A stretch of 63,885 nucleotides of DNA, counting the filler, from Octopus bimaculoides (Eukaryota), in NCBI RefSeq assembly GCF_001194135.2. It is 7 parts of 6 records of this genome, joined end to end, with 100 filler letters (N's around TTAATTAATTAA, not from the genome) between each part and the next. Parts side by side here need not be neighbours in the genome. Positions count along the whole stretch, not along the records: positions 1 to 13,701 come from NC_068997.1; 6 more parts are not named here. One strand, written 5' to 3'. The notes under the pieces are model-generated. The model was given only the letters and a program-made list of their open reading frames with translations, was not told the DNA's origin and did not search any database. A program made the translations under genes and the position numbers. Below, in pieces: positions 1-10,679 of this stretch (its first letter is position 1; the number at the start of each line of letters is the position of its first letter).

Positions 1-312
1 TATATATATGGTAATCTTCCATTATACGGATGTAAAAAAAATAAATAAAAATACAAGGGAAATAACTTACGTCTTACTAGTATCATCCGTACTACTCTGA
101 AATGTGTTTTTTAAAATCTGTTTATATATAAATCACACACGTGATTGAAGGTAACTGTTTATATATAAAGTTCAAACTACCCCCAATGTATATAGCTGAA
201 TTCTCCTAGTATATGTATTGATTAGATTTCCCGATGAGAAAAGGGCAGGAATTAATTAGATCATCAGAATTTATGAACATAAAAACATTATTTTAAGTAT
301 TATGAGTCAAAG

Positions 313-791
313 AAGACAGCAAAATGGAATTTTGATTTAAAAAAAATAATAACAGAACAGAATTTCTTGAGTTGTCTCCTCTTCTTAATCGGAATCATTT
401 GTAATAGCTTCTTGGGGTATGCTTACATGTAGATTGACAGGGAGGTAACTATTGTCAGTGTTTAAATCATAGGAAATTTAATCATATTATTTCCATAATA
501 TCATTTGTTTCCATTAATTAATTTTTATAATCCACGAATATAATTGGAGATTTCCCAGCTTCTCCCTTCAAAATTTATCACCAATTTAATTTTAACCTGT
601 AGCTTTCACATTTTGTCTGCACTTAAGTAGACTCTCCTATGATTTAAACACTGACAATAGTTACTTCCCTTTCAATCTACATGTAAACATACCCCAAGAA
701 GCTATTACAAATGATTCCGAATAAAAAGAGGAGACAACTCAAGAAATTCTGTTCTGTTATTTTTATATTCAGAATTCCATTTTGCTGTCTT
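313..791. mobile_element. Foldback/MITE-like element with ~160-bp inverted arms (313-474 and 635-791)
   Basis: AAGACAGCAAAATGGAATT...GTTTAAATCATAGGA is mirrored as its reverse complement TCCTATGATTTAAAC...AATTCCATTTTGCTGTCTT with few mismatches; no ORF. Confidence 0.75.
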
Positions 792-1247
792 ATTTTTGTA
801 TGTAATATAATTTTAATCTTCGGATTTTTTTAATATGCTAGACCACTGGTTTTAATTGATTAATATCAATTTCTACCCTCATTAATAACTTATATATATA
901 CGTATATATATATATATATATNNNNNNNNNNNNNNNNNNNNNNNNNNNNNNNNNNNNNNNNNNNNNNNNNNNNNNNNNNNNNNNNNNNNNNNNNNNNNNN
1001 NNNNNNNNNNNNNNNNNNNNNNNNNNNNNNNNNNNNNNNNNNNNNNNNNNNNNNNNNNNNNNNNNNNNNNNNNNNNNNNNNNNNNNNNNNNNNNNNNNNN
1101 NNNNNNNNNNNNNNNNNNNNNNNNNNNNNNNNNNNNNNNNNNNNNNNNNNNNNNNNNNNNNNNNNNNNNNNNNNNNNNNNNNNNNNNNNNNNNNNNNNNN
1201 NNNNNNNNNNNNNNNNNNNNNNNNNNNNNNNNNNNNATAATATATAC

Positions 1248-1298
<51 letters not shown>

Positions 1299-1403
1299 TA
1301 TACATACATATATATATATACATATATATATACACATACATATATATATATACATACACATATATACATACACATATATACATATATATATATATATATA
1401 TAC

Positions 1404-1640
1404 GCTTTATTTAAAAGCAGCAGAAATATAACAAAAGCTATTACTCAAAGTTTCACGTTCCCGTTCATCGGACAGTTGTTCCTTTCAACAAAACTGTCCG
1501 ACGAATGGGAACGTGAAACTCTGAGTGACAGCTTTTGTTATATTTCTGCTGCTTTTAAATAAAGCATATCACTCTACCTCTGGTATTTGAGTACTCTTTT
1601 TTCCACCTAGTTTCACATTTATATACTTACCCGGTAAGTG
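1404..1640. repeat. Interspersed repeat with ~74-bp inverted arms (1404-1477 and 1492-1565), Penelope-terminus-like
   Basis: GCTTTATTTAAAAGCAGCAGAAATATAACAAAAGC...CGGACAGTT mirrored by AACTGTCCG...GCTTTTGTTATATTTCTGCTGCTTTTAAATAAAGC. The Penelope label is inferred from a degenerate CCGATGA..GAACG motif. Confidence 0.6.
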
Positions 1641-3312
1641 AACTACAATCCTCACTTATATAAATGTTTGTTTTTATATCAAGTTATAATGAAAACACTC
1701 TTACATTATACCGAAACATTGCTCAATACCTTTTGGAGAGTGTTTATAGTCTTTTGATAAGAATAGGGTTGACAGTGGCTGCGAAATTTCGGCCTGCTCA
1801 GCTCTTATCGACATGTGGACATTTGAGCTCATATTGACCTTATATAATTTCTGGCAAGTTTAATTTTTCTCCGGTAGCTGGAGCTCTATTGAATCATAAA
1901 TAATTGATAAAATGAAGCAATCTGATACAAAAAAACAAAGAACATTTAGTTTATAGTTTATTTTTTTCGTTAATAGTTTTTTTTTTTATTTTTTAAGAGA
2001 ACAATCTTTGTGAAACTTTACTAATGTAATTATACATGAAATTATATGATATTATATGCATTAGACGTATATAGTTATAATATAAAAAACACATCGATAT
2101 GGAGTACAATATTTAATTTCATATATGTAAGAAGAAAAATGAATATCAACATGAAGCTTTATTCGTTATTTGTTCTACATCTCTAAAAGATATTAGTTTC
2201 TTTTTTTTTAATTTAAAAAATTTTTTTTACAAGCCAGTTTCTGAAGTACCGGCAACTATTCAATAAGCGATTTATTTTTACTTGAATATTTATGTTTTGT
2301 TAGACTGTTCTTTTTAACTCCAATCTCCACTAATTTCTCTTAACATTTTTATCTGAAAAGAACTGATTCAGATCATAACTAGATTTATTTAGCAATAAAA
2401 ATGAAACACAAATTATTTCATATTTAGTCTATAACTGCATATTATTATTCGAGGACATTATTTAAAATTAAGTTACCTGAGTGAGATCGGATTTTTTAAA
2501 GATTTTGCTTATTTATTTAAAGAGCATAAGATGTACATTTGTTGGACATGCGTTTATGAAAGTTAAAATTGCGTGAAATGAAGCTTTGGTTATAAATAAT
2601 TTTTCTAAACATTTTAAACATTAATCAGAACCAAAAGCTTTTACTGACATTTGTAACAGATTGAGGTATAGAATCTGTTTGGGAAATGTTGCGTTTCCGA
2701 TACCAAACTGAATATTTTGATTTTGTCTTTCGTTTGTAATACTCAAGTGGCAAACTGTATCTACAAATAACACCCTCTGCAAGCAATATAGCCAAGTACT
2801 ACTGTTAAATCAACTAATACAATGATATAATCTAAAATGTGTCACTTTACAAAGTGTGACCAATAAATTTTAGCGTTCACAAAATGTTCTTAAATGTCTT
2901 AGACATAATATTAGTAATCTATATTGATGTCTAAGATGAATCTGTATGAGTTGTACAATGAAAATATCGTTGAAAATAGATTAGCAGAGTGGAGTAGATT
3001 TAAATTCTTGAATAGTCTTAAAAGGTGAACGAGAATGTAATACGTAGTATGCACTTTGTTTATGTCACTGATGCAACTGAGAAGGGAATGACAGCCGCAT
3101 ATTCTGCTTTGCTTTGAAACCAGTTAAGGAGATCATCCATTAATTGACAATTCTGATCGTAACATTTCAACCAAATGGCTTGAATACCGTGCTAGAAAGT
3201 GGAATAAATAATTATATAATTTTTGTTATAATTTAAATGAGTCGCAAATTGCTCAGCCACCAAGTCGTTTGTTTACTAACCAAAGCGTCAACTGTTCCTA
3301 TTTCGTCATCAG

Positions 3313-3357
3313 CAAATACAAAACTCCAGTCGACCGATGCGCCTTATATGGGAAGTG
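3313..3357 (+). CDS. Candidate 45-nt phase-1/1 exon (xNTKLQSTDAPYMGS)
   Basis: TACTAAC branch-like motif at 3274-3280, pyrimidine tract, CAG acceptor and GTGAGT donor at 3358; open frame. No recognisable homology. Confidence 0.3.
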
Positions 3358-4004
3358 GTGAGTTCAAACAGCGACATCAATCTTATTAAATAAATTATTG
3401 AGATGTGGATGGCAAGAATATTAGAGACTATGCACAAAGTCACACACGTAAAGAAGGGTCCCGCAGATAAAATCTAACCCTTCCCAATGCAAGAAGTAGT
3501 CAATCTTATTGAGATTTGAGAAAGTAAACGGATGTGCTGCGAATCCTTTTGTCCGACTGTCAGCCGATAACGCCAATTTCACATAAATATTAAACAGTGA
3601 TACTGGGATATTTCAACCTGACAGTTACACCTTAATTATTCTACCAAACAAATAAATGTAAATTTGTAAAGCTAAGCTTACGATATTTTACTCGTGAATG
3701 TAAATTATGAATGTTAATATGGAGAATATCTTACATTTCTATTTTAGTTCTACGGGAGAACTTGTATAAAATAATCCAAAACATTCATTATAATTGATTT
3801 TTAAAAAAATATCTTGATGAACATATCCTGAAAATTAATTTCGAAGCAGAATGTTAATTAATGTCCCATTGAGATTAAAAACAATTACAGGAAATTTTTC
3901 TGTGTATGAAAGAGAGGAGAATGGAAGTGTGCGTGTGTATGTGTGCGCATGTGTGTTATTACCTGTCTTATGACACTTTTTCACACTGCCTCAGCTTGAT
4001 ACAG

Positions 4005-4072
4005 ACTCGACCGAAACAGCAGGACCTTTTGCTCAACAATCTGCTCTTCTACTCCTAACAGCAAACTGCTGA
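4005..4072 (+). CDS. Candidate terminal exon (DSTETAGPFAQQSALLLLTANC*)
   Basis: ACAG acceptor at 4001-4004; phase matches the 3313-3357 candidate; short hydrophobic end. The alternative acceptor at 3994 gives an immediate stop. Confidence 0.2.
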
Positions 4073-4199
4073 GACTGGTTGCTAACTATAATGTTGTACG
4101 TAGATGTGTGTGTAATGCTTTGCTTATATCTGTGCGTATGCACTTGTATTTTTGTTGTTACTATTTGTTTATCCCTAGGTTAGCCCTGATTAGGCTCAA

Positions 4200-4330
4200 A
4201 TAGCCGTGATTATGCAGGGAGTCATAACAAATACTATAAGGTTTGCTATCCGACACTTGGACGATTCTGTCAATTACTTCAAAGGATAACCAACGAGTGT
4301 TAAACCGTGCATTGAATTCAGTTTGATTTT
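4200..4330 (-). mobile_element. Possible hAT transposase remnant
   Basis: Peptide FNTRWLSFEVIDRIVQ resembles the hAT TRW.S motif; nothing else supports it. Confidence 0.25.
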
Positions 4331-4609
4331 TGCCAAGAAAAACAAATGATAAAATATTGAAAGCAATAACAAAATATAACAAGACAACAGTTATGGTAAC
4401 AATTAACTTCAGTCGTATAATATCAACTATTGCAATATAGAAAATTAATAATAATTTCTTATGTAGATTCAAGATGAGATTTTGATGGCGGCGATTTGAA
4501 CTCAAAATGTAACGAGACATAATTGAATGTTGTAATGCTTTTTTGTCCGACATAATACCGACTGTGCCATTTACTAGCCTCAATTTAATAATAATAATAA
4601 TGATTTCTA

Positions 4610-4922
4610 AGAGGGGCAAAAGGCAACACGAACAGAATTAAAGTCAATTTAATCGAGCACGCTGCTTCCCCAACATCAGAACAACATAAGGCAAAGTTGT
4701 CCTGGCAGGTTTTGAACTCAGAACGTGAAGTTTTTTGTTCGTCGTTCTACCAATTGTTATTTATCGCCCTCCTGCCATACATCAACCATAATAATAATGA
4801 TAACAATGATGATAATAATGATGATGATTATGATGATAATATGACTAAGAGCGTAGCAACGGTCAAAATACTGCTAAGCATTTCGTCCGGCGTGCTAACG
4901 ACTCTGCCAGCTCACCGCCTTC
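4610..4922 (-). mobile_element. Degraded tRNA-derived SINE pieces
   Basis: CCGGCGTGCTAACGACTCTGCCAGCTCACCGCCT and TTTGAACTCAGAACGT match the SINE copies at 18491, 32402 and 34334. Confidence 0.6.
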
Positions 4923-5041
4923 TAATAATGAGTAATAATAAAATGATTACAGTTTCAATAAATATTAATAGGAATTGTCATCATTATCATTATTGTTTTA
5001 AAAGAAATGATAATGACAGGGTATATAAACAAAATACACAA

Positions 5042-5076
<35 letters not shown>

Positions 5077-5718
5077 CCAATGTAAATATATATGAAGTGT
5101 GTGTGTGTGTTTGTGTGTGTATGAAAAACAAGAATATAAAGGATGCTAAATAATGTCAAATGAGTAAAAGTGTAAAATAAGTTAAATTGATGTTGCTGTG
5201 TTGTGCTCTATGGATAGAAATCCATGATTTGCCTACAATATTACTAGTTGTTTAATGGAGTGAACGGTGAAAGCAAGTTTGGTTGTAGTAAACAACAATA
5301 ACAGCAGCAGCAAGGATAATGTTAAATAAATTATAAAATTGGTTTCGTAGTTTTCAAAAGTATTCGATGATACTGTCAAAATGATTTTTTTTCTTCTTTA
5401 AATGAGAAACTTTGGAAATGTGCTTGACAATGATTTTGTATACATCTTTCGTGCATCCGTCCAAAATTCTTTTGAATTAATTGAAATATCATGTCTGATG
5501 ATGACATTTTCGATTAAAAATTGATTACTAATTATTTTCACAACACTCAGATTACAAATGATATTCTTTACCATTTCCATAAGAAATGTCGTACAAAATT
5601 TTGATTATAAACACGTACACATCACATTATTACCACCGGCAATATCCTCAAATTTCAGCGACAAAATAGCTGTACACGAATATATTGTGTGTCATGGAAC
5701 GAGCGATCAGGTTCATTT

Positions 5719-5963
5719 CTATTGATAAAACAGTTTGACAGATCCAGCTTGATCGGCGTCACCGAAATTACAATACATTTTACTTGCTGTATAGGGCATA
5801 TAAGTACCGGCATCCATCGTAGTGGCTTTAACAAACACTTGGCCGTCATTATTGAAGATAAAAGTAACAAAATTCAACACATATCTTGGATAGTTTCTGA
5901 AATATGTCAAACGTCGACTCATGGATACTTCTATCATTTTTTCAGATTCCATAACATCGTAAT
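5719..5963 (-). CDS. VirK-like domain protein, terminal exon (DYDVMESEKMIEVSMSRRLTYFRNYPRYVLNFVTFIFNNDGQVFVKATTMDAGTYMPYTASKMYCNFGDADQAGSVKLFYQ*)
   Basis: Pyrimidine-rich TTACAG acceptor at 5964, 245-nt open frame to TAG at 5719-5721, phase-1 join with the 7507 donor. The F..F.F..DG.V...ATT and C.FG motifs fit the VirK (PF06903) pattern as I recall it. Confidence 0.8.
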
Positions 5964-6164
5964 CTGTAACGATACAAAAAGAAAACAAGATGTGTTACAA
6001 AAGCTACCCTAAATATTTTCAGATCAGATTTTAATTGTTCTGAGACTGCATTTTAAATCTGAGCACAATTTTATCAAAGTCTACAACAATGTTCAGATAA
6101 TTCCATCTGTATCAAAGTACAAGCGTTAACTTGTTTTGTCCATTCGTTTTGTCTTTGTTTGCAG

Positions 6165-6187
6165 GTGTGTGTGTGTGTGTGTGCGTG

Positions 6188-6240
<53 letters not shown>
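6165..6240. repeat. (GT)n/(GTGC)n alternating purine-pyrimidine microsatellite in the VirK-like intron
   Basis: Direct reading of the sequence. Confidence 0.95.
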
Positions 6241-7201
6241 GGCGGAACGCCCGTGGGAATTTATTCTATATTTTGTCACCACAAAATAATCGTAACTAAA
6301 ACTCAGTTATGGAACCGTACTTTATCTATTTTTTTTAGTAATGAAGACAATCATAAACCTCAAACTACAAACATTTATTCTTGGACCTTTGAAGTCTAAC
6401 CCCAAACTTTATTTGGATTAAGGAGATAATTTTAAATTACAAAGCCAGCGAGGAACAGGCCACTGCTTTAATAGATATACATGCAGCATAATAGTTAAAT
6501 CTCATATACCTGTTAAAGTAGATAAAGAAGCTGATATCTCAAGATTGAAAGAGCGTCATGCTGTATATAAAGCAGTATTTAGTTAGATGCCATTATATTC
6601 TGAGTTCAAATCAAGGTCTCCAGATGCTTATCATACAAGAGCTGTAGGAACAGCGAATATGAGCCGGGGTATATATGAATTCTTGAGACTGTAATCTAGC
6701 CTACGTGAAAGGAGTGATGGGAATGGATTTGATAATGGAAGTTGCTCCTTCATTATTGTTTCTAATTTATGCACAAGGCCAGCATTTTAAGAGGGAGGGT
6801 GAGTTGTCGATAGCATCGATTCCAGTACTTGAACAGTATTTTATTTTTTATTGATCTCGAAAAGAAGAAATGCAAAGTTGATCTCGGCGGCATTTAAGCA
6901 CAGATAAAAAATCGGAGCAAATATATATATTCGATATTTGCTACTAGTAAATCTAATTTCCTTTTGCACGTACTCCTTTTTATATGCATCAGTAACGACA
7001 TTCTCACTGGCAATGCCTTCTCTGTATATTCCACAAATGTAATTCTTTTTTTCCCAAATAAATTGCACTTCATATTAAACGCTTCGATGAAGCTGTGGGG
7101 TGCCATTCACACACTCAACCACGAGTCCACTGCATTTTATAGAAGAAACAGCTGTAAGTTAATGAAGTCAATAACATAACCATTGCTTTTCCTCTGTTAT
7201 C

Positions 7202-7249
<48 letters not shown>

Positions 7250-7506
7250 ACACACACACATATATATATTGACTTTCCAAGTTCTACAAATTCGAAATAA
7301 CCTACAACGGAATAGTCTCCACAACACCTACATTAGTAACATTCATGTAAGAGGTCTCCAGTTCACGTACTTACATTACACATATGTGTCATATATATTT
7401 TACATGTTAAAGGAATTCATATTACATGCTTTTTTTCGAAAAATGACTTTAGATAGTAAGAATGGTGTCAAATGTTTTAGAGAATCGTAAGTATCAAATC
7501 TTTTAC

Positions 7507-7676
7507 CTGTGATTTCACCGCCAGAGATGGCTTTTGTTCGGGCTCCAGCGCAGGTTGTATAATCAACTGACATACGTACAAGACGACCCTTCCTCAACAG
7601 TGATAGCAACGACGTAAACCTTTTGATTGGCATGACATCTTTGTGAGGTTCGGTGATGAATTTTAAATTGCCATCC
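7507..7676 (-). CDS. VirK-like domain protein, internal exon (xDGNLKFITEPHKDVMPIKRFTSLLSLLRKGRLVRMSVDYTTCAGARTKAISGGEIT)
   Basis: CTCTACAG acceptor at 7677, CAG|GTAAAA donor at 7506, 170 nt (phase 2 to phase 1), stop-free. F..L...L..G..VR..VD...C and GG motifs fit the VirK N-terminal half. Confidence 0.8.
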
Positions 7677-7954
7677 CTGTAGAGTTAATTGCAAGATTTA
7701 GTAAAAGAACATTTATATATATACACATATAGCAAAATAATTGAGATTCAGATGAATTAGGTACTTAAGTTGAAGCATCAAAGGTTAGTGCAGTTTTATC
7801 CGTAAGACATCAAGTTCACGTACATACATTCCCCTATGTATCAACATTCTCCCATTACAACAACTCAATTTGGCAATTCTCTTGCATCAAAAATAGAGTT
7901 TATTCTCAGCAGTTTCTATAGAATTTAAAAGTTGTCGAGATGCTTGAAAAAGTT

Positions 7955-8837
7955 CTAATCGGTAGGCGAGAGGTCTGGTGAGTATGGCGGTCGAAGTAGA
8001 GTTTCGTAGCCCAATTTGTTCAACTTCAGCAGGGTCAGTTGTGCGACGTGCGGCCGAGCATTGTCGTGGAGAAGAATTGGTCCTTTTCTATTGACCATTG
8101 CTGGCTGTTGTTGTCGGAGTTTCTTATGCATTTCATCCATTTGCTGACAGTACTTCTCCGTCGTAATGGTTTCGCCTGGATCCAAAAAACTGTGATGGAT
8201 GNNNNNNNNNNTGAGCTGATCGTCGCCGGTTGTAAAGAATCCACTTTTCATCGCAAGTCACAATCCGGTCAAGAAACGGATCGTTCTTCTTGCATAAAAG
8301 AAGGGAAGACAACACTTCAAAACGGGTTCTTTTTTGTTTTTTTTTTTCAATTCGTGCTGCACCCATTTCTCAAGTATTTTTGTTTTTCCACTCTCTTTCA
8401 AGTGGTCGGTAAACATCCGATGGCCGACCGCTACGCTTATCATCTTCAAGACTCTCGTCACCGCTACGAAATTTCTTGAACCATCTTTGTGCTGTAAGTT
8501 CATTAGTGGTTCCTGGGCCAAACGCATCGTTGATATTGCAAGCTGTTTCAGCAGCTTTTCGGCCTAGCTTGAACTGGAATAAGAAAATTGTGCGAATTTG
8601 CTTTTTGTCCCTGTTGTATTCAACGTTCCGGAAAAAAATGGCCTAATTATTCAAAAAGAAAAAGAGTAACACCTTTAGATAGAGCGAAAAACGGGCTTCA
8701 AAATGATATATAAAGTCAAAGTAATTTAACGGAAATTAATTTGAAAATACATAATTTAAAACGGAAATTAATTTGAAAATACATAATTTAAAACGGAAAT
8801 TAAAAAATTTCGCAAGAACTTTCTCGAGAACCTAATA
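7955..8837 (-). mobile_element. Decayed mariner transposon
   Basis: Frameshifted transposase motifs DRIVTCDEKWILYN, HDNARPH and PPYSPDLSPTD; TIR-like TATTAGGTTCTCGAGAAAAGTTCTTGCG at 8837-8811; 32-bp internal tandem at about 8723-8803. Confidence 0.92.
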
Positions 8838-9289
8838 ATTGAATGTAAAGTGGAGTTATCCGTTTTAGATCGTTCCAGCTACATTTTAAACATATCAGAG
8901 TATAATCGATTACTTTTCCTTATTCGACAAACGGTGAATTTCATGTTTCCAACATGAATTTCTTCTGATGAAGGCACCGGTTAAACGTCTTTTTAGAATT
9001 TAAGGTCTCCAGATCAGGTGAGTTTTTCAGGGTTCTTGTTCTCTCAGCCAAGCAATGCTTACATCATTTTCCCCGTTGAGGTATAACTCCAGTTGTTCCA
9101 GGAGCCTCCGTTTAATTATGTGTAGTGTACCTTTCTCATTTAAATGGCATACGTAGCTAGCCAAGTACGTGATGTAGTATTCTAAAAAGTATTCTAAAAA
9201 GTATTCTAAAAAGGAACCTGTGATTTTTAAAACGATGCTTGAATGGATACCCTGTAAATTCAGCATATTTTCGTTTGTGCCCTTGTTCT

Positions 9290-9600
9290 GGTGGTGTTAC
9301 AGTTGCTATTGTTGCTGTCGTTATCGCTGACGTTGCTTTTGTTACAGCAAGATCCGTTGTTGCTGCTGCTGCTGCTGCTGCTGGTATTGCTGTTATTGTT
9401 GGACGCGATGCTGGTGCCATAGTTGCCGTCATCATAGCCACTGTTGCTACTACTGATGGACGCATTGTTGTTGCTGCTTTAGCTGTCGCTATTGCCATCG
9501 TAGGTGGCGCTACTTCTCAGTGCGCTGCTGGTATTGCCACCGCCGCTGCTGCAATTGTTGCTGCTATCGCTATTACCGGACACTACCTCAGCGTCGTAGA
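9290..9600. repeat. GC-rich (GCT/GTT/GCC) low-complexity tract giving Ala/Thr/Val-rich spurious ORFs
   Basis: Degenerate triplet repeats; ORFs on both strands have no recognisable domain. Confidence 0.55.
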
Positions 9601-10620
9601 CCATTCCTTCAGAGGAAATTCTTGGTGGAATCATGAAATTCCACGTTTGCCGGAAAAGCAATCGACTATATGCTGACCCGTTTTAGACGCAACTGGAACA
9701 ACCGATCTACATTTATTTCCAGTAGAATTTCGTTTTGGAATGTTTTCTTTAAGGCCTTAACCTACTACGACGCATTCCTTCCGCCTCTTGTTCAGAATTT
9801 ATATACCTTTGGCCAACGAGTCTGACGAATCACGTATACAGCTAAGAGCTTTATAGATACGAAACCAATGGTCACTCTTTAACCGGCCGTAACAAACAAC
9901 GTTGTCATTCTCTCTCTCTCTCTCTCTCTCTCNNNNNNNNNNTATACACACAGAGAGAGAGAGAGAGAAAGGGGGAGAGAGAGTGCTCTATGTATGTAAT
10001 TATTCACTCGCCTTCTCATTGTGTTGTCAAGCATTAACATGAGTATCTAAATACCACGCTGGTGAGCCCGCTTTGCCGCGAGTTTATCCTTCACCAAAAG
10101 ATATAAAGAAAGGATGACATCAAGTAACCAAAATCTCTCTTACAACTGAGAGAAAGCAAATTAACAATGCATGCTACAGATGCTGGTTGTGTGCAAATGT
10201 TAGACTAGGAAACGACATGAAATCAGGCTCACATGTCCCATATAAGTGTCACTGATAGATATACTGGTCGACCGTAATAATATGTAACTTGCTGACTGTC
10301 GTCGGTTTCAATCTAAAGCATTACAGTAGAATACATGGAATAGATGTGGTGTGTAGAAACCTCGCCAATGTTCATCTAGTGTGAGTCAGTTGGATCTTAG
10401 ATCCAGTTTGGTGGTCCTCGGTCTTGATTCTGGTAGCTAGAGTTAAATCAAGCAAGGGATTACAGCGATATTGTACACACTCAATATGAGTATAAAAGAC
10501 GAAAAGTTTTTATTAAATGTATTTAATTTAAAAGAAATAACCATAACCACAAGACCATGAGCCTACAAGTTCAAGTTTTAATTGAAGGGAATCAACAGTT
10601 TTGGGTTGCGTAGATCTCAC

Positions 10621-10679
10621 CCTGGCGGCATATATATTGAGATAGTTGCAAGGCTGCATACACTGCCTTTCATTCTCAT
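10621..10679 (-). CDS. Candidate first coding exon of the VirK-like gene (MRMKGSVCSLATISIYMPPG)
   Basis: CAGG|GTGAGA donor, phase 2 matches the 7676 acceptor, in-frame ATG. One of three competing candidates. Confidence 0.25.

Noticed and set aside
838-1383. Long ORFs rich in YI, CV, HT, ER, LS or X throughout the ORF track
   Set aside because: Translations of (TA)n, (CA)n and (GA)n microsatellites and of N gaps.
5800-5830. DAGTY read as an immunoglobulin F-strand motif
   Set aside because: Lacks the following Cys and other Ig landmarks; the whole peptide is better explained as VirK-like.
9157-9676. Ala/Thr/Val-rich mucin-like or TM-like ORFs on both strands
   Set aside because: Triplet low-complexity tract, an in-frame stop upstream of the minus ORF, and no convincing splice context.
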